This document shows positions 40,649-49,966 of a stretch of DNA of 64,000 nt, one piece after another (position 1 is the first letter of the stretch; each line of letters opens with the position of its first letter). The DNA is taken from contig CAVSHR010000004.1 of assembly GCA_963727625.1 (NCBI GenBank), positions 1,152,001-1,216,000 on the forward strand, in the 5' to 3' direction. Both the position numbers and the translations under genes were made by a program. The DNA is from an uncultured delta proteobacterium (GTDB lineage: Bacteria > Desulfobacterota > Binatia > UBA9968). A model generated the notes under the pieces. It did not search any database. It saw only the letters and a list, made by a program, of their open reading frames with translations, and was not told the origin of the DNA.

Positions 40649-41503
40649 TTACTCGCGCCGCTGCGATAACGCGCCGCTCGTGTGACCGCCGGTCGATCGA
40701 TCATCTGCCCTTTCGAGGGAGAAACTGCCATGATCCCAGAGCCTGCCGAAGATCAGGCAGGCAAGAGCGATGCTCAAGGGCCCGACCAACGCCGCCAGCC
40801 AATATCGGTTGAGCAGGCAGAAACCGAAGGGCAAGGCAAAATTCACCGAATAAACCCACGCCGCGAAACCCACGCTGCCGCGCGGCGCGGGCGCGAGTCG
40901 ATGCAACAACAGCAGGAGAACCAAGCCGGTCACTCCCCAGCCGAGTAAGTTCATCCACGGCATGCCATAATAGGCACCCTTGTCACCCCAGACCCAGTAG
41001 CTGGTAACCCGGCTCATCGCCGGATCGAGCAGCAGATCCCAGGCAACCAGCAACACGGTGCCCAGAAACACCGCGGCCAGACCGCGGGAAACCCGCCGCG
41101 CCAAGATCCAACAAGCCCAACTCATGGTAAACCAGCTGAGCGGGATCAACAGCGGCACGCGATCAAACCATTTGATGCCGAGCAGGGAAGTGTACGAATA
41201 GGCGCCGAAGGGAATGCCATAGGTCGTGCCCATGAGCTCGCTCGAAAGGCTGACAACGTAAACCACCAGAAAAGCCCAGAGTGCCTTTTGCTTGTCTCTG
41301 AGGAGCGCTTCACTGGTTGCCGCCAATCCGCCGAACAGCATATTGCCGACGGCAAAACCATGAAAGGCCCAGGCGAAAAACCGTGCTTGCGGATCGACCT
41401 GAATCAATAAATCCGGGCGCGAGGTAAATACGCCGTAGCCCAGCAAGCTGGCGATCACGATGGCTGCCTGGATCGCGAGAAACAACCAAGGCACGAAATT
41501 CAT
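40649..41503 (-). CDS. cruF: Carotenoid biosynthesis membrane protein, CruF (1,2-hydratase) family
   Basis: ELMGTTYGIPFGAYSYT..LG, VPLLIPLSWF, AWDLLLDPAM, YYGMPWMNLLGW; follows crtB. Confidence 0.8.
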   Translation of the reverse strand: MNFVPWLFLAIQAAIVIASLLGYGVFTSRPDLLIQVDPQARFFAWAFHGFAVGNMLFGGLAATSEALLRDKQKALWAFLVVYVVSLSSELMGTTYGIPFGAYSYTSLLGIKWFDRVPLLIPLSWFTMSWACWILARRVSRGLAAVFLGTVLLVAWDLLLDPAMSRVTSYWVWGDKGAYYGMPWMNLLGWGVTGLVLLLLLHRLAPAPRGSVGFAAWVYSVNFALPFGFCLLNRYWLAALVGPLSIALACLIFGRLWDHGSFSLERADDRSTGGHTSGALSQRRE

Positions 41504-41515
41504 GAATCTTCCTCC

Positions 41516-42472
41516 CTAACCGTTTATGTTGGAAGCCTTCCAGATCGCGCGCAACGGCGCGGGCGACCAGGGTTGGACAAGCCGCGCCGGCAGCGAGCGA
41601 ATCAAACCGAGAATGCCGACGAGCACGACGCGAAGCTTGCGCGCGCCGGTCACATAGGTGCGCTCGTCCCAAGCATGGGCGCCCTTGCGCAGCAGCAAGG
41701 CGCCGATCTCGGAGTAGACGTTGCGCGCTGCCGCCACCGCGCAGGCGGAGCGAAACGAAAGATGCCACAATCCCGCATCACCGGATCGGTAGTAGCGCTC
41801 GGCTTCGCGCAACAGGCGCTGGGTTAAGAGAGCCAATTTTTCTCGATTGGCGGGAGCGGCGATTTCATCCGGCTTGATCTCGGCCTCGTCGAGCCAGCTG
41901 AGCGGCAGATAAATCCGCCCCAGAGCGGCATCTTCGATGATGTCGCGGGCGATGTTGGTGAGCTGCATGGCAATACCGAGATCCGCTGCATGCTTGAGCG
42001 CGCGCTCGTCGCGGAGTCCCATCACATGGGCCATCATCAAGCCGACCGTACCGGCGACACGGTAGCAATAGAGCAACAGCTCTTTGAGCGTCGTGTAATG
42101 AGTGCCGCGCACATCCATCGCCATCCCTTCGATGAGCTCCAAAGCATAGTGGGAAGGAATACCGTAGCGATGGACTATATATTGTAGGGCGACGAAAACC
42201 GGCTGGCGCTGCGGCGTGAAGGAAAAAGCCGCGGCGGTGTTTTCTTTAAGCGCTTTGAGCCGCGTGGCAAGCTCAGCTGGGTCGGTGCCGTTGCCGACTT
42301 GATCCACCTGGTCATCGCAGTAGCGGCACCAGCCGTACAAAAAAAACGCCGCGTCACGGGTGTCCGGATCGAACAACCGCGCCGCCAACGAGAAGCTCTT
42401 CGAGCCCTTTTGAATCATCCAGCGGCATTCATCCAATGCCCCTCTGACCTGCTCCGGCATCGCTTCACGCAT
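41516..42472 (-). CDS. crtB: Phytoene synthase
   Basis: GSKSFSLAARLF, WCRYCDDQVD, YCYRVAGTVGLMM, LGIAMQLTNIARDIIEDA..GRIYLP. Confidence 0.95.
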   Translation of the reverse strand: MREAMPEQVRGALDECRWMIQKGSKSFSLAARLFDPDTRDAAFFLYGWCRYCDDQVDQVGNGTDPAELATRLKALKENTAAAFSFTPQRQPVFVALQYIVHRYGIPSHYALELIEGMAMDVRGTHYTTLKELLLYCYRVAGTVGLMMAHVMGLRDERALKHAADLGIAMQLTNIARDIIEDAALGRIYLPLSWLDEAEIKPDEIAAPANREKLALLTQRLLREAERYYRSGDAGLWHLSFRSACAVAAARNVYSEIGALLLRKGAHAWDERTYVTGARKLRVVLVGILGLIRSLPARLVQPWSPAPLRAIWKASNING

Positions 42473-43997
42473 AGGACAACCTCGCCGCGCCCGCGTTCTC
42501 CCGAGCCAGCGCCGCCTTGTAATCTTCGGTGATCACTCCGGCCGTCGCCTTAGCCGAGTTCACCACGCCCGGGATGCCGGCGCCGGGGTGCGTGCCCGCG
42601 CCGACGAAGTAAAGCCCGTTAATGTCTTTGTCACGGTTATGCACCCGGAAGTAAGCGCTCTGGGTCAAACGCGGCTCGAGCGAAAACGCCGAACCCAAAT
42701 GGGAATTGAGCTCGACTTTGAAATCCTCGGGAGTAAAGATTCTTTGCGTAACGATTTGGCCGCGCAGCTCCGGCATGTAGTTCCGCTCGAGATAGTCGAG
42801 AATGCGCTCGGCATAATCCGGCCCGGCGGTTTTCCAGTCGATATCGAGCTTGCCCAGGTGCGGCACCGGCGAAAGCACGTAGAATGCTTCGCAGCCGGGC
42901 GGCGCCAAGGACGGATCCGATCGGGTCGGCGCGTGCAGATAGAGTGAAAAATCGTCCGACAATCGGCCGCGGGCAAAGATATCCTTTAACAGCTCGCGGT
43001 AGCGCGGTCCGAAGATGATGTTGTGATGCAGCAGGTTCGGATAGCGCCGCCGCGTGCCGAAGTAGATCAGGAACAGCGACATGCTGTAGGCCGAGCGGGA
43101 CAGGCGCTTGCGCATGCGCTCGGCGCGCCGCTCGCGGCGTAACAGGGCGTCGTAGGTGTGGAACACGTCGGCGTTGCTCGCGACCAGGTCGAACTCCTCT
43201 CTCTGGCCGCTCTTGCTGATCACCGCCTGCACCTGACCGGCCTTGGTAACGATCTCGCCGATCTCCGCGTTCAGACGCAACTCGCCGCCTAGGTCGGTGA
43301 AGAGCTTGACCAGCGCTTGGACCAAAGCCGCAGTCCCGCCCTTCGGAAAAAACACACCCCACTTGCGCTCGAGGCAGTGAATCAGAGTGTAAATCGAGGT
43401 CGTGGTAAACGGATTGCCGCCCACCAGCAGGGAGTGAAAGCTGAAGAGCTGGCGCAAATGCGGGTCGCGAATATGCTTGGCGACCATGCTGTAGACGGAG
43501 CGATAGGCCTCCAACCGAACTAACTGCGGCGCCACCGCGACCATGCTCGCCCAGCTCAGAAACGGCACATGCGCGAGTTTTTCATAGCCCTCGCGGAAAA
43601 CCTCTTCCGAGTATTTGAGAAACTTTTTGTAGCCGGCCAGATCCTCCGGCGATTTTTTTGCGATCTGCGCTTCGAGCAGCGCCGCGTCATCGGAATAGTC
43701 GAATCGGTAGCCATCCTGCCAAAATAAACGATAGAAAGGATCCACCGCCAGCAACTCGACGTAATCGTCCATCGACTTGCCCGCCAAGGTGAACAGCTCT
43801 CGCAGACATTGCGGCGCGGTGATCACCGTCGGCCCGGCGTCGAAGCTAAAGCCGTTGTCGCGGTAGACATAGGCCCTGCCGCCGGCCAGATCGCGTTTCT
43901 CGAATATGACCGTGCGGAAGCCGGCGGCCTGCAGGCGAATGGCCAACGCCAGCCCGCCGAAACCGCTGCCGATCACCGCGGCGCGCAGCTTATCCAT
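42465..43997 (-). CDS. crtI: Phytoene desaturase (bacterial CrtI type)
   Basis: VIGSGFGGLALAIRLQAAG, FDAGPTVIT, FHSLLVGGNPF, LYFVGAGTHPGAGIPGV. Confidence 0.96.
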   Translation of the reverse strand: MDKLRAAVIGSGFGGLALAIRLQAAGFRTVIFEKRDLAGGRAYVYRDNGFSFDAGPTVITAPQCLRELFTLAGKSMDDYVELLAVDPFYRLFWQDGYRFDYSDDAALLEAQIAKKSPEDLAGYKKFLKYSEEVFREGYEKLAHVPFLSWASMVAVAPQLVRLEAYRSVYSMVAKHIRDPHLRQLFSFHSLLVGGNPFTTTSIYTLIHCLERKWGVFFPKGGTAALVQALVKLFTDLGGELRLNAEIGEIVTKAGQVQAVISKSGQREEFDLVASNADVFHTYDALLRRERRAERMRKRLSRSAYSMSLFLIYFGTRRRYPNLLHHNIIFGPRYRELLKDIFARGRLSDDFSLYLHAPTRSDPSLAPPGCEAFYVLSPVPHLGKLDIDWKTAGPDYAERILDYLERNYMPELRGQIVTQRIFTPEDFKVELNSHLGSAFSLEPRLTQSAYFRVHNRDKDINGLYFVGAGTHPGAGIPGVVNSAKATAGVITEDYKAALARENAGAARLSYA

Positions 43998-45117
43998 AGG
44001 CCAGCGCAATCTCTTCGCCCAAAGCTCGCAGTTCCTCGAAAGCGCGCTTGGACCAGGATACTCCGGTTTCATCGAGGCGAGCTTCGAGCAATTCGAACGC
44101 ATGGTCGAGACAGCTCTGAGCGCAATTGCGCGTCACAGGAACCAATTTATTCGCCCCGATCCACGATTCCAAATGCGCTGCGTCGGGCAGCTCGCTGACC
44201 GCGGCGAGGAATTCTTCGTAGTCACGCGCCGTGCTCTGATTTGCGGCGCAGGCCCAGACCCAGGAGGGCCGCGACAGGATCAAATCCTCATAGCGCTTGG
44301 AGGGCTCGCATTTACCGATCGTGTTGCCGAGATCATCGAACATTTGCAACGCGACGCCCAGATCCCGGCCGAAATCGTCGACGATTGAGATCAGCTTTTC
44401 CGAGCCGCCGGCGAGCACCGCGCCAAGCATGGCGGCAAACCCCATCAGCGCGCCGGTTTTAAGCCGCATCGAGGCGGTGCAAACTTCGGCCACCTCGCCA
44501 CGCGGCAGCCTGTGGACCTGAGCGCCCAAGTCGATCGCTTGGCCGAAATGGGCGCGCAACAAGGTGCGGTGGCAACGATCATAAATGAGCAGCATTTGAT
44601 CCTTTGCAACGCCCATCTCTTTAAGCAGTTCAAAGGGCCAGAAATAGAGCCAATTGCCGGCATTGAGAGCGATCGGCAGGCCATGGCGGACATGGAGCGC
44701 CGGACGCCCCCGGCGCATCGGACTGCCGTCTTCGATATCGTCGACGATGAGCGAGCCGGCATGGATGAATTCCACGGCTTCAGCGGCAATTCGACAGCGT
44801 TTCGCCGCGACTATGGAATGGGCCGCCTCGGAGTTAATCAAGCGGTAGCTGAAGCCCAGCAGTTGCCCGCGAATACGCTTGCCGCGGTTTGCGGTCAAGT
44901 CAACGATCGGATCCAACAACGCGCGACTCAACACACCGGACACCGCGCCCACATCATCGAGTCCCAGCAATTCAGCCAGCTGCGCGCCGTCGGGGAGGGT
45001 CCCGTCGGCAATTTCTTTGAGGCTGCCCGGGCGATCGTATTTCTCGGGACGCTCCTCGAAGCGCCGTCTAAACGGCGCCGGCGCCGACCGGCTCAGATCC
45101 AGAATTGAATTCTTCAT
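43990..45117 (-). CDS. crtE: Polyprenyl diphosphate synthase, probable GGPP synthase
   Basis: GKRIR, HAGSLIVDDIEDGSPMRRG, GQAIDL, KTGALM, LQMFDDL; overlaps the crtI start. Confidence 0.8.
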   Translation of the reverse strand: MKNSILDLSRSAPAPFRRRFEERPEKYDRPGSLKEIADGTLPDGAQLAELLGLDDVGAVSGVLSRALLDPIVDLTANRGKRIRGQLLGFSYRLINSEAAHSIVAAKRCRIAAEAVEFIHAGSLIVDDIEDGSPMRRGRPALHVRHGLPIALNAGNWLYFWPFELLKEMGVAKDQMLLIYDRCHRTLLRAHFGQAIDLGAQVHRLPRGEVAEVCTASMRLKTGALMGFAAMLGAVLAGGSEKLISIVDDFGRDLGVALQMFDDLGNTIGKCEPSKRYEDLILSRPSWVWACAANQSTARDYEEFLAAVSELPDAAHLESWIGANKLVPVTRNCAQSCLDHAFELLEARLDETGVSWSKRAFEELRALGEEIALAYG

Positions 45118-46088
45118 TCATTCCTCCCCAAAATTTGAAACGACTCGCTATCACCGGCCAAGAGATTTTCCGGAGTCACGCTCAAGGCGTTAGAAAGCCG
45201 GATGACGATATCCATGGATACGTTTTGCTTACCGCCTTCGACCGCGACGATACAGACTCGCGTCACGCGCGTCACTTTGGCTAGCTGCTCTTGGGTCCAA
45301 GCCTTCTTTAATCGCAAATCCCTCACCTGCCGCCCCAGCGCCAGCAGGTATTCTTTCAAGATCACCTTGGGACGGTTGGCACGCAAATTTTTAAGCGCCA
45401 AATCGATGCCGTCGTCGAGATCGCGCGCGATCTGGCAACGTCCGGTCAAAACGTTTCGCAAGGCATCGTTCGCAAGCGCCTGTCCGCCCAGGATGATGCG
45501 CGGCGCAGGCGCAAGGGCCACTGATTGTCCGATAAAATCGCGCGCGTGCTCGACGCCTTCGGGCAACGTCGCGGACAGCGCGACCAACTGCGGCCGGCGC
45601 TTCTGGGCTAGTTCGACGAGGGCTTCAGCGGGCACATCGGGACCGAGAAAGTCGGCGGTCCAGCCGCGGCTCCGACAGAGATCGGCAAACATCCGCGCGC
45701 CGATGTAGTGACGCTCGCCCTGAACGCAGGCAACCAGCACGCGATAGGACGAGCGCCGTTCGCGCCAAGCGAACATGGAGCTCAAACGATCCAGATGGCT
45801 CAGAACAATCTGAGTCGCCAAATGCTCCTCAGCGACACCGATATCGCCGCGACACCACAGGTTGCCAAGAGTAACCAGCGACGGCGCGATCACCTGACTG
45901 TAGATTTTGTCAAGCGAAAATCGCTGGGACAAAACATCATCGAGAACCCGGTGCGACGCTTCAGCGTCCCCCGCCATGAGCGCTGCGCTATATGCGCCGC
46001 GGCTTTGATCGAAGTGGTTACTATGATCGGCTTGGTTTTTTATCGGACGGTAATACGTCATCTTAATAAATCTTTGTATAGCGACCAT
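45114..46088 (-). CDS. Cobalamin-binding (CarH-type sensor) protein with C-terminal XRE/Cro HTH; putative light-responsive regulator
   Basis: WCRGDIGVAEEH = Wx9EH; GERHYIG = ExHxxG; FLGPDVP, VALSAT, IILGGQA Rossmann motifs; C-terminal LGRQVRDLRLKKAWTQEQLA...VEGGKQNVSMDIVIRLSNAL = HTH_3; start at 46088 inferred. Confidence 0.88.
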   Translation of the reverse strand: MVAIQRFIKMTYYRPIKNQADHSNHFDQSRGAYSAALMAGDAEASHRVLDDVLSQRFSLDKIYSQVIAPSLVTLGNLWCRGDIGVAEEHLATQIVLSHLDRLSSMFAWRERRSSYRVLVACVQGERHYIGARMFADLCRSRGWTADFLGPDVPAEALVELAQKRRPQLVALSATLPEGVEHARDFIGQSVALAPAPRIILGGQALANDALRNVLTGRCQIARDLDDGIDLALKNLRANRPKVILKEYLLALGRQVRDLRLKKAWTQEQLAKVTRVTRVCIVAVEGGKQNVSMDIVIRLSNALSVTPENLLAGDSESFQILGRNE

Positions 46089-46105
46089 TTCCCCCGATCG
46101 CTCCG

Positions 46106-47009
46106 TTACAGCCGCAGGGATCGCAACGCCGCCGCAATCGTAGGGTATTTGAAGCCATAGCCTAACTTCAACGCCGCTTCGGGCATTGCTTTCTGACCGG
46201 CTAATAACATATCGGCCATCTCGCCGGTGAGCAGCGTCAAGGCGGAAGGCGGCACGGACACCCACGACGGCCGGTTCAAAACAGCGCCCAGGGCCTTGGA
46301 AAATTCCGCCATGGTCACCGGATTGGGCGCGGTGCCGTTGAAAGCGCCCCGCGCGTTATCGTTTTCCATAAGAAACATCAGCAAGCCGATCTCGTCTTCA
46401 ATATGAATCCACGGCATCCACTGGTGGCCGAGCCCAGCGGCCCGCCCATAAACATCTTGAACGGCGGCACCATCTTTTTGAGCGCGCCCTGGCCGCGGTC
46501 GAGCACGATGCCGGTGCGCAACAGCACGACGCGAACCCCATGGGCTTCGGCCTTTTTCGCTTCGGATTCCCAGTCGATACAGAGCTGCGCCAAAAAATCA
46601 CTCCCGGGCGCGCTGTTCTCGGTAATCGCCTCGTCCCCATGCGGGCCGTAATAGCCCACCGCCGAGGCGCTCAGCAAAAGTTCGGCTTGTTTTTCGCCTT
46701 GGCCATGGCGTTGACCAGGGCGCGCGTCGATTCGATCCGGCTCGAGCGGATTAGCGTTTTCTGCGCCGCGCTCCAGCGCTTGCCGCCGATCGGTTCGCCG
46801 GCCAAATTGATCACACCGTCGGCGCTGTCAATCGCCTTTTCCCGTTCGCCGGTTGCACCGGGAGTCCACGCGAACCACTCCTTCTTGGTAACACCTAGTT
46901 CTGCCGGCGGTCGCCGGCTAAGCAGCGCCAGCGTGTGGAGTTGATTCCATAGCCGGTCAGCCAAAATCGAGCCGACAAACCCCGTAGCACCCGCGATAAC
47001 GACCTTCAT
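46106..47009 (-). pseudogene. TIGR01777 (YfcH-like) NAD-dependent epimerase family gene with two frameshifts
   Basis: GATGFVG, INLAGEPI, SRIEST | SASAVGYYG, LRTGIVL, GGPLGS | QWMPWIH, NGTAPNPVT lie in three frames; single-base losses near 46680 and 46428. Confidence 0.85.
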
Positions 47010-47052
47010 CGAGCTTGCCTGAAAATTTCCTTGTGCTCCTGAAATGACATTC

Positions 47053-47076
47053 TGAAGTCAAATATATTTGACTTCA
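47053..47076. promoter_or_regulatory. Perfect 24-bp palindrome in the divergent promoter of the carotenoid/light-stress cluster; candidate operator
   Basis: TGAAGTCAAATATATTTGACTTCA; contains TTGACT (-35-like) on both strands. Confidence 0.7.
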
Positions 47077-47109
47077 ATAGCACTAATGTCTTAATTAGTA
47101 AACATAGCG

Positions 47110-48069
47110 ATGGAACAAAATTTACTCCAACGCCCGCGCCTGGGCATCAGCGCTTGTTTGCTCGGGCAAACCGTGCGCTACGACGGGGGCCACAAGCATG
47201 ACGCGTTTTTGACCGATACCTTCGGCCGCTTCGTCGATTGGGTGCCGGTTTGTCCGGAGCTGGAAGTAGGCATGGGCGTGCCGCGCGAAAGCGTGCGGCT
47301 GATCGGTTCGTTGAATCAGCCGCGCATGATCGCCGAGCGTTCCGGCAAGGATTGGACCGACGCGATGACTGCCTTCGCCGCCAAACGGAGCGACTCTCTC
47401 GCCGCCCTCGATCTCTCCGGCTACGTGTTTAAAAAGGATTCGCCGAGCTGCGGCATGGAACGGGTCCGGGTGTACGAAGCAAAAACCCAGCCGACGCGCC
47501 GCGGCCGCGGTTTGTTTGCCGCCGCGTTGATGAAAAAGCTGCCGCTCCTTCCCGTCGAAGAAGAGGGGCGCTTGAACGATCCGGCGCTGCGCGAAAACTT
47601 CATCGAGCGGGTCTTCGCTTACCACCGTTGGCGCGCCGCAGAAGTCAAGAAGTCACGGGGCAGCCTGGTCGCCTTTCACACCCGGCATAAATATTTATTG
47701 CTGGCGCACAGCGAGCGTCACTATCGCAATCTCGGCCGAGTGGTCGCCGGCGCCAAGGAAAAGCCGCTGCGCGAAGTTTATGATGAATACGGCCTCGGCT
47801 TCATGGAAGGGCTGGCCGTCCAAGCCAGCGCCAAAAAACACGCCAACGTGCTCGACCACATGATGGGGTATTTTTCCAAGCAGCTCGACCCCGCCGAGCG
47901 CCAGGAGTTGGTCGAATTGATCGCCGACTACCGGCGCGAATTAGTTCCGCTCATCGTGCCGGTGACCCTGGTCCGCCACTACGTCAAGAAATACGCTGTG
48001 GCGTACCTCAACGACCAGGTTTATTTGGCGCCGAGCCCGAAGGAGCTGATGCTGCGCAATCACGTTTAG
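47110..48069 (+). CDS. DUF523 and DUF1722 domain protein (YbgA-like)
   Basis: GISACLLGQTVRYDGGHK, VCPELEVGMGVPRE, KKDSPSCG, PVEEEGRL, FHTRHKYLLLAHS, ELMLRNHV. Confidence 0.93.
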   Translation: MEQNLLQRPRLGISACLLGQTVRYDGGHKHDAFLTDTFGRFVDWVPVCPELEVGMGVPRESVRLIGSLNQPRMIAERSGKDWTDAMTAFAAKRSDSLAALDLSGYVFKKDSPSCGMERVRVYEAKTQPTRRGRGLFAAALMKKLPLLPVEEEGRLNDPALRENFIERVFAYHRWRAAEVKKSRGSLVAFHTRHKYLLLAHSERHYRNLGRVVAGAKEKPLREVYDEYGLGFMEGLAVQASAKKHANVLDHMMGYFSKQLDPAERQELVELIADYRRELVPLIVPVTLVRHYVKKYAVAYLNDQVYLAPSPKELMLRNHV

Positions 48070-48091
48070 CGTCGCTCTGAGCACTGGAACG

Positions 48092-48580
48092 ATGAAGACT
48101 TTTAATTTTGCCAGCGAAACTTGGTTACCTGCGCCGCGCCATCGAGTGTTTGAGTTTTTCGCCGACCCGGGCAACTTAGAACGGCTGACGCCGCCCTGGC
48201 TACACTTTGAGATCATCACGCCGCCGGACACCGCCATCACGCAAGGCAGCTTGCTCGACTACCGCCTGCGCCTGCGCGGCATCCCGCTGCGCTGGCAGAG
48301 TGAAATTTCCCTCTGGGAGCCGCCGCGCCGTTTCGTCGACCGGCAGACCAAAGGTCCCTACTCGCTCTGGGTGCACGAACACACCTTCGTCGACCATGAC
48401 GGCGGGACCATGGTCGGCGATCGCGTCGAATACGCCGTGCCCGGCGGCCGGCTCGTGCAAACATTTATTGTCGCTCCCGACCTCGAACGGATTTTTCAAT
48501 TCCGCCGCCGAGTCCTCGAAGAGATCTTCGCCGCCCGGGGGGCGCCTGCCCGCAGCATCGACCGGCGTTTAGTCCAGTGA
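48092..48580 (+). CDS. SRPBCC family ligand-binding protein
   Basis: VFEFFADPGNLERLTPPWL, WQSEI, FVDRQTKGPYSLWVHEHTF, DRVEY. Confidence 0.9.
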   Translation: MKTFNFASETWLPAPRHRVFEFFADPGNLERLTPPWLHFEIITPPDTAITQGSLLDYRLRLRGIPLRWQSEISLWEPPRRFVDRQTKGPYSLWVHEHTFVDHDGGTMVGDRVEYAVPGGRLVQTFIVAPDLERIFQFRRRVLEEIFAARGAPARSIDRRLVQ

Positions 48581-49966
48581 GCGGCCCTTTTCCAGCGCCG
48601 CGATGCGCTCGATGTAAGCCTTCGAATTGAACTTGCGCGAGGTGCTCTCGTAGGACATGTAGCGGATCTTGCCGTACACCGGCCGCTCCGGTCCCCAGGC
48701 GCGGTCATGCTTGCCGACGATCGCCCAGGCGATGCCGGCGTAGCCGTTGGGATCGCGGCCGTCGAGCTCGTAGCGGTCATTGAGCCAAACCGCGATCCGG
48801 TAGGCCGCCTGCGGCGACTCGGTCCATTCGAGAATTTTTTTCGCCCAGTACATGCGCAGGTAGCCGTGCATCCAGCCCGTCAGCACCATTTGCTTTTGTG
48901 CCGCGTTCCACAGCGGATCGTGGGTTTCAGCGTTTTCCAACTGCCGCTCCGTGTAAACACAGCGCCGACGATCCTGGGCGTGTTTGCGGTGGGTGAGTTC
49001 GGCCCAGGGCTCGCAGGCTTCGAAGTTCTCATAGTCGCGGTTGAAGCGCACGAAATTAATCGCCAGCTCCCGGCGCACGATCAGTTCCTCTAAGTAGGCT
49101 TTGCGGTCTTCCGCCGGCGCGCCAGCCTGTTGCACGGCAAGCGCCACGGTGTGCGCACCGATCTGGCCGAAGTGGAGATAAGCTGACAATTGGCTCGTGC
49201 CATCGATATCGGGTTGGTTGCGCAGCGTCGCATAGCCTTTGAGCCGGTGGCGCAGAAATCTTTCGAGGCAACACCGCGCTTCAGCGCTGCCGCCCGAGAA
49301 GTGTCGCGACGGCACGACCGAGCAGTCGATGGGAAATTCATCGAGCAGCGCCAAGTCCGAGGATAATGAAGCGACCTGCGCGGGCATGCGCCAGGCGAAC
49401 TTCGCCGCCGGGTTTCCTACCGGTTGCAAAAATTGCGGCAAGAGAGCTTGAATTTTCGGTCGGATCGTTCGCGCCGCGTAATGCTCTCTGGCAAGCAGCT
49501 TGGACGGCACGATCACGTCGGTGTCCACCGTCCAGAGCGGCAAATTGATTTGCTGCGCGATCTTGGCCTTGGTCAGCTCCGCCTGCTTCATCGGATTCTC
49601 GTCGCCGATCACCAAACAAGGCCGCACCTCGGAACAAAATCGCAAAAGCCCGTGTCGCGGATAACGGCGGAGAACCCATCCCACACCTCTTTTTTTTAGC
49701 TCCGCAGCAATGTCTCTCAGCCCTTCAACGAGAAATTGATAGTGCCGGAGATTCCCGTGATGAGAACGAGGAACGAGTTGAAAGAACACCACAACCGGCT
49801 TGCCCAGACGGTTGCCGGCTTCGACCGCGGCCGTGAGCGCGGCGTTATCCGCCGCTCTTTGAGCGCGCTGCATCCAGTAAACCACGCATCGCCCGTCGGG
49901 GTCCGGCGTGCCGGACCGCCGTACGGTCAGCCGTGGATCATCGCGCAAACAATCCAGGGCGGTCAT
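48569..49966 (-). CDS. phr: Class II CPD DNA photolyase
   Basis: VVYWMQRAQR..DN.AL, SQLSAYLHFGQI, GWMHGYLRMYWAKKILEW, LDGRDPNGY, HDRAW..ERPVYGKIRYM; ATGA overlap with the upstream gene. Confidence 0.95.
   Translation of the reverse strand: MTALDCLRDDPRLTVRRSGTPDPDGRCVVYWMQRAQRAADNAALTAAVEAGNRLGKPVVVFFQLVPRSHHGNLRHYQFLVEGLRDIAAELKKRGVGWVLRRYPRHGLLRFCSEVRPCLVIGDENPMKQAELTKAKIAQQINLPLWTVDTDVIVPSKLLAREHYAARTIRPKIQALLPQFLQPVGNPAAKFAWRMPAQVASLSSDLALLDEFPIDCSVVPSRHFSGGSAEARCCLERFLRHRLKGYATLRNQPDIDGTSQLSAYLHFGQIGAHTVALAVQQAGAPAEDRKAYLEELIVRRELAINFVRFNRDYENFEACEPWAELTHRKHAQDRRRCVYTERQLENAETHDPLWNAAQKQMVLTGWMHGYLRMYWAKKILEWTESPQAAYRIAVWLNDRYELDGRDPNGYAGIAWAIVGKHDRAWGPERPVYGKIRYMSYESTSRKFNSKAYIERIAALEKGRSLD

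Noticed and set aside
45114-46088. Methionine synthase or corrinoid methyltransferase subunit
   Set aside because: Wx9EH motif, HTH fusion and crt context fit a CarH-type sensor; no methyltransferase partners nearby
46061-46105. CarH-style 11-bp direct-repeat operator upstream of the B12 regulator
   Set aside because: Only one TATACA-like hexamer and no tandem array
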